A stretch of DNA of 64,000 nt from Raja brachyura (Eukaryota): positions 4,340,001 through 4,404,000 of the forward strand of contig OY740822.1 of NCBI GenBank assembly GCA_963514005.1. The letters are read 5' to 3'. Position numbers and translations under genes: made by a program. Position 1 is the first letter of the stretch. Each line of letters opens with the position of its first letter. Below, piece by piece: positions 11,420-22,186 of this stretch. The notes under the pieces were generated by a model. The model saw only the letters and a program-made list of their open reading frames with translations. It was not told the DNA's origin and did no database searches.

Positions 11420-12043
11420 TTTTTGAATGACAGGCATTGTCTCTTAAAAGTTGGTGTTAATGTTTACTGGTTTATTTCATGTGCGGGGTGATGGAGGGGG
11501 AAGCTTTTTTCAAACTCCTACCTTGCCGGAGGTGCGATTGTTTTCCGGGCGCAGCTCGGGGCTGACTTTGAGCCTCGCCGCGTCGGTGGACTTACCATCG
11601 GAGCGGATCCCTGGCATGTGATCGATGCTCAAACCGTGGCCTGCAGACTTTAACATCAAGGGCTCGCAGTCACGGGGCAAGCTGAGTCGGGAGCTCGAAC
11701 GACCAGAATGTTCGACAAGCCCCGACCTGCGGTCCGATCGCTTGGCGAGGGTAGATGACATCCCCCCCGATGCAGTTCTTGATCGCCCCAACGAGGTGGC
11801 CCTCCGCCGACTACGGGGGTCAGACCGCGGGAGAACAGAGAAGTGAAGTGATTTAACGTATTTTCTCTTTCCATCACAGTGAGCAATGTAGAAGACTCAC
11901 TGTGGTGGATGTCCATGTTAAAATATATTTTGTGTGTTCTGTAGCTTCCTATTAGTATGACTCTATGGCAAACCAATGTCCTCATATGTTGCAAAAATAA
12001 CTTCGCTAATAAAGTATGATTATGATTGCGATTACGATTATGA
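11420..12043 (+). mobile_element. Non-autonomous non-LTR element with (TAYGAT)n tail (paralog at 37905-38517)
   Basis: GC-rich body, AATAAA followed by a short-repeat tail, no ORF; related element on the minus strand at 42772-43330. Confidence 0.55.
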
Positions 12044-12460
12044 CTAGTGGGCTGCCGCAAGGCGCAGTGCTGGGACCCCAATTATTTATAAGTATTTCAA
12101 CTATTTTCACGAGGGAATTAAATGTGACAACTCCAGAACATTATCCGAATGATGTCACATAAGGAACTTAGTGGAATCAAAGAGACCTTGAAATGCTTGT
12201 ACGTCAGTCACTGGAAGTAAGTATGTAGGTACAGCACGCAGTGAAGAAAGCTAATGCAAGTTGGCCTTCATTGCGAGAGGAATTTAGATCATGAGCAACT
12301 GTCCAATTCACTGGATGTTTTCAAGAGAGAGATGGATTTAACTCTTAGGGCTAAAGGAAACACGATATATGGGAAATAGCAGGAACGGGGTACTTTTTTT
12401 AGAGGATCAGCCATGACCTACTCCTGCACTTATTTTTCTATGGTTCTATGTTTCTATGTT
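12044..12460 (+). mobile_element. Old CR1 fragment with internal deletion (longer paralog at 38518-39355)
   Basis: TSG.PQGAVLGPQLF remnant and CR1 3' tail. Confidence 0.75.
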
Positions 12461-12907
12461 GGTGGACATGTGATTTGCTTTTCGCAATTCTTACACCAAG
12501 GCTCCGTCAGGTATTGGACGACCCCCTCCCCCCACCACAATCAATTCTTCTGACAGGTTAAGCTTTGCAAAACGTTCTCGTTCACAGTGTTTGATTATAC
12601 AATACGCGTCAGAATCAGTACTGTCGCAACGCGGGAAAATGCTGCCCCCCTTTTGAAATCTGCAGTTTCCAATGGAATGCCCTTTCTCTCACACGTTTAG
12701 GATTAGGGTTAGGGTGAGTCAGTCATTCGGGCTGTCGGCCGGTCGGTGGGTGCCGTGACGGGTCGGTTTGGCTGTCGGCCGGCCGTTGGGTGCTGTCAGG
12801 GGTCAGTCGTGTTGATGGCAGTCCGGTGGGTGTCGTGAGGTGTCGGTCGGGCTGTCGGTCGGCCGGTGTTGCAGCGAGCGAGCGGGCGGACTGTCGGAGC
12901 CGGCGCT

Positions 12908-13115
12908 ATGGGGAAGGGCAGGGAAGCTTCGCTGAAGGCGGCCCTGGCGGCGTGCAGGGCAGTGCTGCGCCCCACCATGTTGACATTCGGTGTAATCGTG
13001 GCGTCGATGGTCTGCTGCTGATGATGCAGAAGGGCATGCTGGCCGAGGTGGACGCGCTGAGCGGCCATATGTACGGAGCACGCATCCGGTCGCAATGCCT
13101 CTCCAGCTCCTGCCG
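12908..13115 (+). pseudogene. chst14: CHST14 (dermatan 4-O-sulfotransferase)-like N-terminal fragment, copy 1
   Basis: With a 1-bp deletion near 13007 corrected it reads MGKGREASLKAALAACRAVLRPTMLTFGVIVAS-GLLLMMQKGMLAEV, matching the CHST14 signal anchor as recalled ([26 protein letters not shown]); no catalytic domain follows. Confidence 0.68.
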
Positions 13116-13233
13116 TAGGTAGCTTTGGAAGGGGGGTTAGTTAAGATTAGGTTTGGCATTTTTCTCAGCAGATACCTCCAGACGGACTCAAAATTATATT
13201 TATTATATTATTTTTATGTAATAAAATGATATA

Positions 13234-13685
13234 TCTATACTATTACTAAAACCCCTATCTTGACCACTGCAGGTTTGCCTTTCTTATAATTTAACGCAAA
13301 ACGGTACCCTATGTGACTAGGATTTTTTCGCCAACCTACTCACCGTTCTCCTCTGCTCCAATCGCACCATTTTTTGTTCCTATCGGTGGAATATTAGAAC
13401 ATTTGGGACAGTTTGAAAAATCATGAGGTCATCAGATTGGTCTTCTCGCCTGTCAATCACTATGAAGTTAACACCCCTTCTGGACAAGGTGAATTAAGAC
13501 CCAGAGGCGGGGCTGAGTCGGGGGAAGCCGCTGTGTAACGTCGGGGGAAGCCGCTGTACGGAGTCGGGGAAGCAGATGAGTGGTCGGGCAAACCGCTGAG
13601 TGGAGCTGGGAGGTACACTGTGGTACCTTGGCCGGTGGTCGCTGAGTCGTTTACCTCCCCCCCTCCCACCCCCCACCCCAACCCA

Positions 13686-13723
<38 letters not shown>

Positions 13724-13861
13724 CTCCTGCAGCCACGTTCTCTTCACTCACAGTCGCGCACAGTGGACACAGAGTGTCCTGACAGCTTATATATATACAG
13801 TATTCATAGATTCACTGATGACATTACTTCAACCCCACGGCGCTTCCGTTCTGCCTACTAG
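13234..13861 (+). mobile_element. Helitron-like non-autonomous element (paralog at 31600-32160)
   Basis: Starts A|TCTATACTATT and ends with a small ACGG/CCGT hairpin then CTAG|T; no TSD; contains 23-bp repeats and (CA)n at 13686-13721. Confidence 0.45.
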
Positions 13862-14274
13862 TGTTTTATTTGCACTTATGTTCGTGGTTTTAGATTACAG
13901 GGTGGCTGCTGTTTATATTTCCAGGCTCCGATCCACTCCTTCCGGACGCAGTCAGGACCAACGCCGTATTCGGTGGTGAATGCGTTTTCCAGAATGTGAC
14001 TGGCGGGATCCAGTTGAGACTTGTCACCGAATTCCACTTGCGCCCACGGGGAGTAGACTTGCATTGATAGGCACACAATTCTGGCGTAACCCAACGAGCC
14101 AAGCAGGACATCTGGAAAAAAAATATTACTCCAACGTTTTGCGTCTATATTTGGTATAAACCAATATCTGCAGTTTTTATTATATTAAAATTCCATATAT
14201 TTCGGCATCGCATTCCATTGACAGATCCGTTCTGGCTTCATGCTCCGTGTTACCCGGTACTTGCTAAAGGAATT

Positions 14275-14335
14275 ATTTCTGTACTGTAGTGGTTACCACG
14301 TTCGCTTCACACGCGGAACGTCCCCAGTTCGATCC
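14275..14335 (+). pseudogene. tRNA-Val(CAC) pseudogene, 3'-deleted
   Basis: TTCGC-TTCACAC-GCGGA anticodon arm and GTTCGATCC; 3' acceptor strand missing relative to 32694-32766. Confidence 0.75.
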
Positions 14336-14718
14336 GTGATTTTGCCACGTGTTCCAGGCTGTCCAGCGAGCGTTCCCCGCATAATTGGCAACAGTTGCTC
14401 AAAGACCTCTCCGTAACTATCGGGATTACTTCCACATTTTGAAAACACTCGATATAATAGAAACTCGCACCAGCAGCTGGATGAAGTACAAGGTCATCTT
14501 GGTATCGCGCACGGGGCTTGAAATACAACTATCACCATTATATTATCTCTGTGCCTGAATTTATCGCATGGTCTCATTCTAAATATTCCACCACTGGTCT
14601 GATTATTTCCCTCTTAATTTCCTTCTCTCCAAAGTAAGTATAATTGTTGTGTAAGAAGGAACTGTAGAGGCTGTAGAGGGGCCTTGCCCCGAAAAGTCAC
14701 CCATTCCTTCTCTCCAGA

Positions 14719-17700
14719 TCTCATCCAAGATGGCGTCGCGTGCACAACGCGAGGCTCTGCGTCTCCGTAGTTTTAGCGAGATAGTTTTTTTTTTCCTATT
14801 TATACTTACCTTAGTTTTCGCCCGGAGCACTCGAGCGAAGACTCTGTACGGCCGTCAGGAGCTACTGGAGCTCGGACGTCTCCACGAACCGAGCACCAGA
14901 AGCCACAACTTTAAACTGCCGCCGGAGATCATCAGGTCACCGTGGTCTAGCGGACCCGCTCTCCCAACAGGTAGTGTCCGGAGGCGGCGCAGGGACCGCA
15001 AACAGCGACGGGGGAAACGCGGAGGCCACCGGGCTAGGCTGAGATCAGACCCGCACCAGCCAGCTCTGCCCAACATCTTCCTCGCGAACGTCCGGTCCCT
15101 GGTGAGTAAAACCGACGAACTTCGGCTGCGCATCACCACACACAGACGGATCGCCGACTGCAACGCCATGGTCTTCACCGAGACATGGCTCACCGACAAC
15201 ATTCCCGACAACGCCGTCGAGCTGGAGGGGCGCACTGTCTTCAGGGCCGACAGATCTGCGGAGGAATCCGGTAAGACCAAGGGCGGCGGACTGTGCATCT
15301 ATGTGAACAACTCATGGTGCACAGACGCTGTCAGGATTGGTAGCCACTGCTCTGCTGACCTAGAATACCTGATGTTAAAGTGCAGGCCCTTCTATCTGCC
15401 CAGGGAATTCACATCGACTGTCATCACTGCAGTCTATGTACCCCCGGACGCTAATGCCAGGCTTGCAATGGAAGAGCTGCAAGCTGCTATCAGCAAACAA
15501 CTAACTGCCCACCCAGAGGGGGCTTTTATTGTTGCTGGCGATTTTAACCACTCCAACCTAAAAACTGTGCTCCCCAGATTCCACCAACATGTCTCCTGCC
15601 CAACCAGAGGTAACAATATTTTGGACCTAGTTTATACTAATATTACTGAAGCATACAAAGCCCTTCCCCTCCCCCACCTGGGACAGTCTGATCACCTCTC
15701 TTTGTTCCTGCTCCCCAAATACACACCTCTGATCAGACGTGTGAAACCTACCGCGAGGACAGTGAAGGTCTGGCCTGAGGGGGCTGTCTCTGTCTTACAG
15801 GAGCAGTTTCAGCAAACAGACTGGAGTCTGTTTGCCACCCAGGCCACCTTTAACTCCCAAGTGGACATAAATTCATACACCTCAACTGTTCTGGACTACA
15901 TAAGATTGTGCACTGATAACGTCACCACCCATAAAGTGATAAAGACCTTCCCTAATCAGAAGCCGTGGATGAGCAGGGAGGTCAGACTCCTGCTGAAGGC
16001 TCGAGACGCCGCTTTTAAATCTGGCGACGCTGAGGGATACAGCTCATCCAGGGCCAATCTGAAAAAGGGAATTAGGAATGCTAAACTCAATCACAAACAG
16101 CGGATTGAGGAGCATTTCCGAAACAACTCCGACCCCAGGCGCATGTGGCAAGGAATTAAGTCCATTGCCGACTACCATAAAATCAACACCCCCCCCCCCC
16201 CGGACAACGCCTCCCTTCCTAATGAGCTAAACCACTTCTATGCTCGCTTTGACCGGGACAACAAAACTCCCGCCATCAAAGTTGCTCCACCCCCGAATGA
16301 ACAACCCCTCAGTCTCTCCACCTCTGCTGTACAAGACGCACTGAGCAAGGTGAATGAGCACAAAGCTGCCGGCCCCGATGGCATCCCCGGGCGGGTGCTC
16401 AGGGCATGTGCCGGACAACTATCCCTGGTCCTCACTGACATTTTCAATCTGTCACTGGCCCAGGGTGTCGTCCCCACTTGCCTCAAGACATCTACCATTG
16501 TGCCAGTGCCCAAACAATCAGCGACAGGGAGTCTCAACGACTACCGGCCAGTGGCACTCACCCCTGTCATCGCTAAGTGCTTTGAGCGGCTGATCCTGGC
16601 TCACCTCAAAGCCAGCCTCCCCCCCACACTGGACTCCCACCAATTTGCCTACCGGTCAAACAGGTCTACAGAGGACGCCATATCGACGGCCCTACACTCT
16701 GCCCTGACCCACCTGGACAGCAACAACACCTACATCAGGCTGCTGTTTATTGACTTCACCTCTGCCTTTAACACTGTCATACCCGCTAGCTTGATCACCA
16801 AACTCAGCGGTCTTGGCATCTCCACCTCCCTCTGCAATTGGACACTGGATTTCCTCACTAACAGACCACAGTCTGTTAGGGTCAACAACCTCACCTCCTC
16901 CACTATAACACTGAACACCGGCGTGCCACAGGGCTGTGTGCTCAGCCCTCTCCTCTACTCCCTCTTCACGCATGACTGCATCCCCAAGTATGGCTCCAAC
17001 GCCATCATAAAATTTGCCGATGACACCACGGTGGTAGGACTGATCAGTGATAATGACGAATCAGCCTACAGGGAGGAGGTCCAGCACCTGACTACCTGGT
17101 GTGCCAACAATAACCTCGTCCTCAACTCCCAGAAGACGAAGGAAATAATTGTTGACTTTCGGAAGAACAGAGGGGGCAGACACACCCCCATCCATATAAA
17201 AGGGACTGAGGTGGAGCGGGTCTCCAACTACAAATTCCTCGGGGTACACATCTCGGAGGATCTGTCCTGGTCCCTCAACACCTCAAAGCTAATCAAAAAG
17301 GCACAGCAGCGCCTTTACTTTCTGAGGAGGCTCAAAAAAGCCCACCTGTCCCCCCAGATCCTGACGAACTTCTACCGCTGCACCATCGAAAGCATCCTGA
17401 CCACCTGCTTTACGGTATGGTACAGCAGTTGCACCGTGGCAGACAGGAAGGCACTACAACGGGTGGTGAAAACCGCCCAGTACATCATCGGTGCCCCGCT
17501 CCCTGCCTTGGATGCCCTCCACCGAAAACGGTGCCTGAAGCGGGCCGGGAAGATCATCAAGGACCCCTCACACCCTAATCATGGACTGTTTGCCCTCCTC
17601 CCATCAGGGAGGCGGTACAGGAGCCTCAAGTCCCGCACCAGTAGGACGAAGAACAGCTTCTTCAACTACACCATCCGACTGCTGAACTCGGAGCCCAGCT

Positions 17701-17875
17701 GATAGACTTGTCTGTACCCTGTATTTTATTTATTTTCCATATTGCTACCACTGCACTCTGTATTTATTTTTCTATATCGCTATCACTAAGAACGACGCTA
17801 AACTGCATTTCGTTGTACCTATACTTGTATTTGTGCAATGACATTAAACTTGAATTGAATTGAATTGAATTGAAT
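14719..17875 (+). mobile_element. Full-length Rex1/Babar LINE, apparently intact
   Basis: Single long ORF, short 3' UTR, (TTGAA)5 tail; absent from the paralogous sites near 9393 and 33148. Confidence 0.93.
14730..17702 (+). CDS. Rex1/Babar APE endonuclease-reverse transcriptase (990 aa)
   Basis: EEP motifs (ANVRSL, FTETWL, GGGLC, AGDFN, LDL, SDH) and RT motifs (YRPVAL, DFTSAFNT, GVPQGCVLSP, FADD at 17013-17024); no stops. Confidence 0.95.
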   Translation: MASRAQREALRLRSFSEIVFFFLFILTLVFARSTRAKTLYGRQELLELGRLHEPSTRSHNFKLPPEIIRSPWSSGPALPTGSVRRRRRDRKQRRGKRGGHRARLRSDPHQPALPNIFLANVRSLVSKTDELRLRITTHRRIADCNAMVFTETWLTDNIPDNAVELEGRTVFRADRSAEESGKTKGGGLCIYVNNSWCTDAVRIGSHCSADLEYLMLKCRPFYLPREFTSTVITAVYVPPDANARLAMEELQAAISKQLTAHPEGAFIVAGDFNHSNLKTVLPRFHQHVSCPTRGNNILDLVYTNITEAYKALPLPHLGQSDHLSLFLLPKYTPLIRRVKPTARTVKVWPEGAVSVLQEQFQQTDWSLFATQATFNSQVDINSYTSTVLDYIRLCTDNVTTHKVIKTFPNQKPWMSREVRLLLKARDAAFKSGDAEGYSSSRANLKKGIRNAKLNHKQRIEEHFRNNSDPRRMWQGIKSIADYHKINTPPPPDNASLPNELNHFYARFDRDNKTPAIKVAPPPNEQPLSLSTSAVQDALSKVNEHKAAGPDGIPGRVLRACAGQLSLVLTDIFNLSLAQGVVPTCLKTSTIVPVPKQSATGSLNDYRPVALTPVIAKCFERLILAHLKASLPPTLDSHQFAYRSNRSTEDAISTALHSALTHLDSNNTYIRLLFIDFTSAFNTVIPASLITKLSGLGISTSLCNWTLDFLTNRPQSVRVNNLTSSTITLNTGVPQGCVLSPLLYSLFTHDCIPKYGSNAIIKFADDTTVVGLISDNDESAYREEVQHLTTWCANNNLVLNSQKTKEIIVDFRKNRGGRHTPIHIKGTEVERVSNYKFLGVHISEDLSWSLNTSKLIKKAQQRLYFLRRLKKAHLSPQILTNFYRCTIESILTTCFTVWYSSCTVADRKALQRVVKTAQYIIGAPLPALDALHRKRCLKRAGKIIKDPSHPNHGLFALLPSGRRYRSLKSRTSRTKNSFFNYTIRLLNSEPS

Positions 17876-17926
17876 CTGCTGCCTGTCCCCTGAGTTAAAC
17901 ACTTATCTGCATTTCTTTCCTATACG

Positions 17927-17999
17927 GTTTCTGTAGTGTAGTGGTTATCACGTTCGCCTAACACGCGAAAGGTCCCTGGTTCGACACCAGGCAGAAACA
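17927..17999 (+). tRNA. tRNA-Val(AAC)
   Basis: Intact 73-nt cloverleaf, A and B boxes intact, TTTT within 20 nt downstream. Confidence 0.93.
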
Positions 18000-18119
18000 T
18001 TCTGAAGTTTGCCTTTTGTTGCCCTGAAGTGATGTTACAGAAAAAACAACCAGACAATCATTCAAATAAACACATCAGCGGGTCCCTCCACAACCGAGAG
18101 ACCTCCCGGACATCTCCAG

Positions 18120-18440
18120 GAGTAGGGACCGCATTTACAGAACCAGGGTCCACAGTTTAAGAATAAGGAGTAAGCCATTTAGAACGGAGACGAGGAAACA
18201 CCTTTTCACACAGAGAGTGGTGAATCTGTGAAATTCTCTGCCTCAGAGGGCGGTGGAGGCGGGTTCGCTGGATGCTTTCAAGAGAGAGCTAGACCGGGCT
18301 CCTAAAAATAGCGGAGTCAGGGGATATGGGGCGAAGAGAGGAACGGGATACTGATTGGGGATGATCAGCCTTGATCACATTGAATGGCGCTGCTGGCTCG
18401 AAGGGCCAAATGGCCTACTCCTGCGTCTATTGTATATTGC
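18120..18440 (+). mobile_element. CR1 3' fragment (paralog at 33430-33730)
   Basis: RTRVHSLRIR..FTQRVVNL remnant plus CR1 3' UTR. Confidence 0.8.
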
Positions 18441-20606
18441 CAATTACCATTCTGCTGGCTATATCGATGCACGCATTCCGCAGCATCGCTGCATCCCTTA
18501 TTACCCTGCTCGCCAGACTGCTTCCAAAAGTCATTTGACAGATGAAGGATCATTCCGGAAATGCCGCTGTCATGTTGAGATTACAAATCGTTCCTGCGTA
18601 GACATTTATTCATCAATCAGCGGGGTATGCTGATGTGAAGGCCTCTGCACAAGTCCCACAAAATAATTTTCTGTTCCGTTCTCACACTATGATTCACTCT
18701 ATACTTCGAAGAGTAAAATGCTTCCTGTGCTGCGGCTGCACCGACACACACTGCAAACATGTGGTCATAAACGTTGTCCACTGTTGTCGTTTCATTAACA
18801 TTGTGACCGGATTTAGTAGAAGTAAGGAGATCGTAAAATAGTTTCGACAAGGAGAATTATGGACAGTGACCTGCAAGACACAACCCGACCGCTCCGTGGA
18901 AAGGTATCCTGAGGAGAGGTGTGAGACAGAGAATAAAGTTGATCGTTGCATTGTTTGCTTTGTTTACACTTAATCGTGTGCAGTAGAGCAGAGGATCGAC
19001 ACGATTTTGAACTCTCAGCCTGGTCACCTCGTGGACTCATGAGGTCATGAAATTATTACTGATAAGAGCAGAATTAGGCATTCGGCCCATCAGGTCAACC
19101 CCGCCTTTCAATCATGGTTAATCTATCTCTCCCTCATAACCCCATTCTCCATCTTCTCCCCATATCCATTGATGCCCGTACAAATCAAGTATCTATATCT
19201 GTCTTAAAAATATCCATTGACATGGCCTCCGCAGCGTTCTGTGACAACGAATTCCACCGTTTCACCGCCCTCTGACGAAAGGCATTCATCCTCATCTCCT
19301 TCCGAAAATAATTTCCTTTAAATGTGATGCTTTTGCCTAGAGTACAGGCCCGATGCGGCAAATGCTCGTCATATTTGAAACTACTCAGGGTTGTTTCTTG
19401 TTAACCTCCTTGGACCCTCTCCAGAGACAGCCCATCCTTCCTCTGACGTCATGCCCAAAATTGTTCACAATACACCAAATGCGGCCTGATCAGCGCTTTA
19501 TACAGCTTCAGCATTGCATTCATGTTTTTGTTCTCTCGCCCTCTCGAAATAAACGCGTGCATTGCCTTTGTTTTATTTACTATCGATTGGACTTGCAGAT
19601 TATCGTTTCGGAATTCTGCACCAGTGCTCCCAAGTCCCTTTGCACATCCGATTTCTAGATTATCTTCTGATTTAGAAAATAGTCTACGTCTTTCTTCCCC
19701 CAACCAAAATGCAATGCTCCACACTTTAGTCCACTATATTCCATCTGCCAATTCACTTCCCACTCTCCTAACCTGTCCAGGTCATGGCAAAAGCCCTACG
19801 TCCTCTACACTACTTGCCAGCGACAAATATAATCTACAAACTTGGCCAAAAAGCGTTCTATCCACTCATTCAAATCATTATACACAACGTGAAAAGTAGC
19901 GGCCCCAACACCGACACCTGCGGAGTTCCGCTAGTCACTGTAACTCAACCAGATCAAGCCGCCTTTATTGCCACACTTTGTCTTCTGCCATCCAACCAAC
20001 CTGCTATAGCTGCCCTTGATACCATGGACTTTCATCTTCCTTAGCAGTCCCACGTGTCGTACCTTAACAAAGGCTTTCTGAAAATATACAAATGTTCTAA
20101 TGAAATGTTCTAAACAACATCTACTGATTCTGCTTTGTCTGCTCGGTACCCGGAAGTGGCGCCGACTGAGGAGAAGCCTAGCACAGAAGTGGAAGCCAAA
20201 TAAACGAATGGAAACGAAGCCGAAACGGCAAATAACCGAAAGCGTACAAAGCCGAAACGCCATCTAACCTAAAGGGTGAGAGCCTAATTGCAAACGAACC
20301 GAAAGGGCAGGACTCCATGAAGCCAACTAAACGAAAGACTGCGTCGCCTAAAATAAACGTAACGAATGGCCGCTCTGCCTAAAGGCCACCAACCCGAAAG
20401 CCGGCGTCGCCAACAAGCTAATGAAATGAATGCCGCTCAACACAACAGTCAAATAACGGGCATGACGTTGCCAAGAGGGATTTGTCAGCGATTGGTTCAG
20501 ACACCCGCGTCAATTACATCACTGTGGTGCTAATTGCTGGATGTAGCTACATTTTGCTTGTTACCTCACTTTTTTTTTAAGGAGGCCCAGGACAAAAATG
20601 GTCAGT

Positions 20607-21306
20607 ATCGGGCCGCTGCGCACAGTGTGGTACCCCCATTGGGCTGTCAATGAGGGTACCAGGGCTCTCACACGGAACCCCGGCAGAACTAGCGTTGTAC
20701 ATGAACGTAGAGGATGAATCGTCCCCTATATTCACTGATTGGGTTCTGTTGGACTGGAAGTCGATGATCCAGTTGCAGACATGTGTGCTGGCTCTAAGTC
20801 CCGCGAGTCTAGTGATAAGCTCGGATGGTATAATGGTACTAAAGACAGAGTTACATTCTATGAATCGGTGTCGGTCATATGGTGTCTCTATTATCCAGAT
20901 GTTCCAGGGATGAGTTTGGGGCTACGTGGTCGTCCGTAGACCTTTTCTGGTGGTAGGCGAACTGCAGTGGGTGAAGGCTGCTGGTGAGAATTCGTTCCAT
21001 AACTAGCGGTCTGCGGAGTTCCAGCTGGCGCGGCGTCCGGAGCCTGGGATTCTTCCTTCGGGACCCCGGACGAAAAGAGCTCCGGCCAGCGGCCAGCGGC
21101 CTATTTCTACCGCGGGCGGAGCGGGGACCTATCATCGATCATGGATAATCGACTTCCAGTCCAACAGAACCCAATCAGTGAGTATAGGGGACAATTCATC
21201 CTCTACGTTCATGTACAACTCTAGTTCTGCCGAGGTTCCGTGTGAGATCCCTGGTACCCTCATGGACAGCCCAATGGGGGTACCACACTGTGCGCAGCAG
21301 CCCGAT
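20607..21306. repeat. Inverted duplication (165-bp arms at 20607-20771 and 21142-21306)
   Basis: The arms are reverse complements with several mismatches; the spacer is an inverted copy of 43205-43505 plus 46021-46090. Confidence 0.85.
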
Positions 21307-21696
21307 ACAGTAGCCTGGAGTCATATAGACTTGGGCAACTGGGCGCGATAAATAAATCCCTGCCTCTGATGCTGATACCCATATTCAGAGCTTGAGAGTA
21401 ACAAGTTGTCTGTGCTGCTGGTGTGATGGGGTAGACAAACCTTGTCCCGCTATGATTAAGACTCCATCCCTCCAACTGCCCACACGGAATTCAGGGTGAA
21501 ACAACATCGACGTAAACTTAAATCTGCTTCTCCCTCATCACACGGCTCTGCCTGACATGGTCACATTTCAAACTGTACTTCAGGAACAGTCCCGTTTCTC
21601 TCATTCCGGGATCAGTGCCGTCCCTGACCGTCCTAAGACACACTAATCGGTTGTCGTCAAACATTTCCTTATTGGAGCAGAAGTGTTGAGACCGCA

Positions 21697-21778
21697 GTAG
21701 TCGTGGCCGAGTGGTTAAGGCGATGGACTAGAAATCCATTGGGGTTTCCCCGCGCAGGTTCGAATCCTGCCGACTACG
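21697..21778 (+). tRNA. tRNA-Ser(AGA)
   Basis: 82-nt canonical vertebrate Ser(AGA) sequence with long variable arm and intact boxes. Confidence 0.96.
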
Positions 21779-22186
21779 GGATCAGCAAGTCGGCTCGAAA
21801 TTACCAGCGTGTTTGTGTAACTTTTGATGGGCCTTTGGTTGTCTGCTGCCAGAGTAAACACATAATTTATTCCCTGTGGTTCCAGGCTGCACACTGGGTC
21901 AAATTAACCATACAATTAGACTGCTGACCCCTGTCCGAATCCTTGGAACCTATCTCATGTACATTGTTTCTCAGGTAGACCAAAGCCCTCGAGGAAGCGA
22001 ATATTGGAATTCCCTTCCGAAAACAGCAGTAGTTAATTGAATGCATAATAATTGAATTTCTATGACTATTTTGAAGACGTGTGGATGAATAATTATAAAG
22101 TATTTCGTGAAAGGTCACCGTGGAGTTTGGGATGCAATGTTGAGACCATCTAATTTGGATTTGTTGTTTATTGTTAAGTGGCCATT

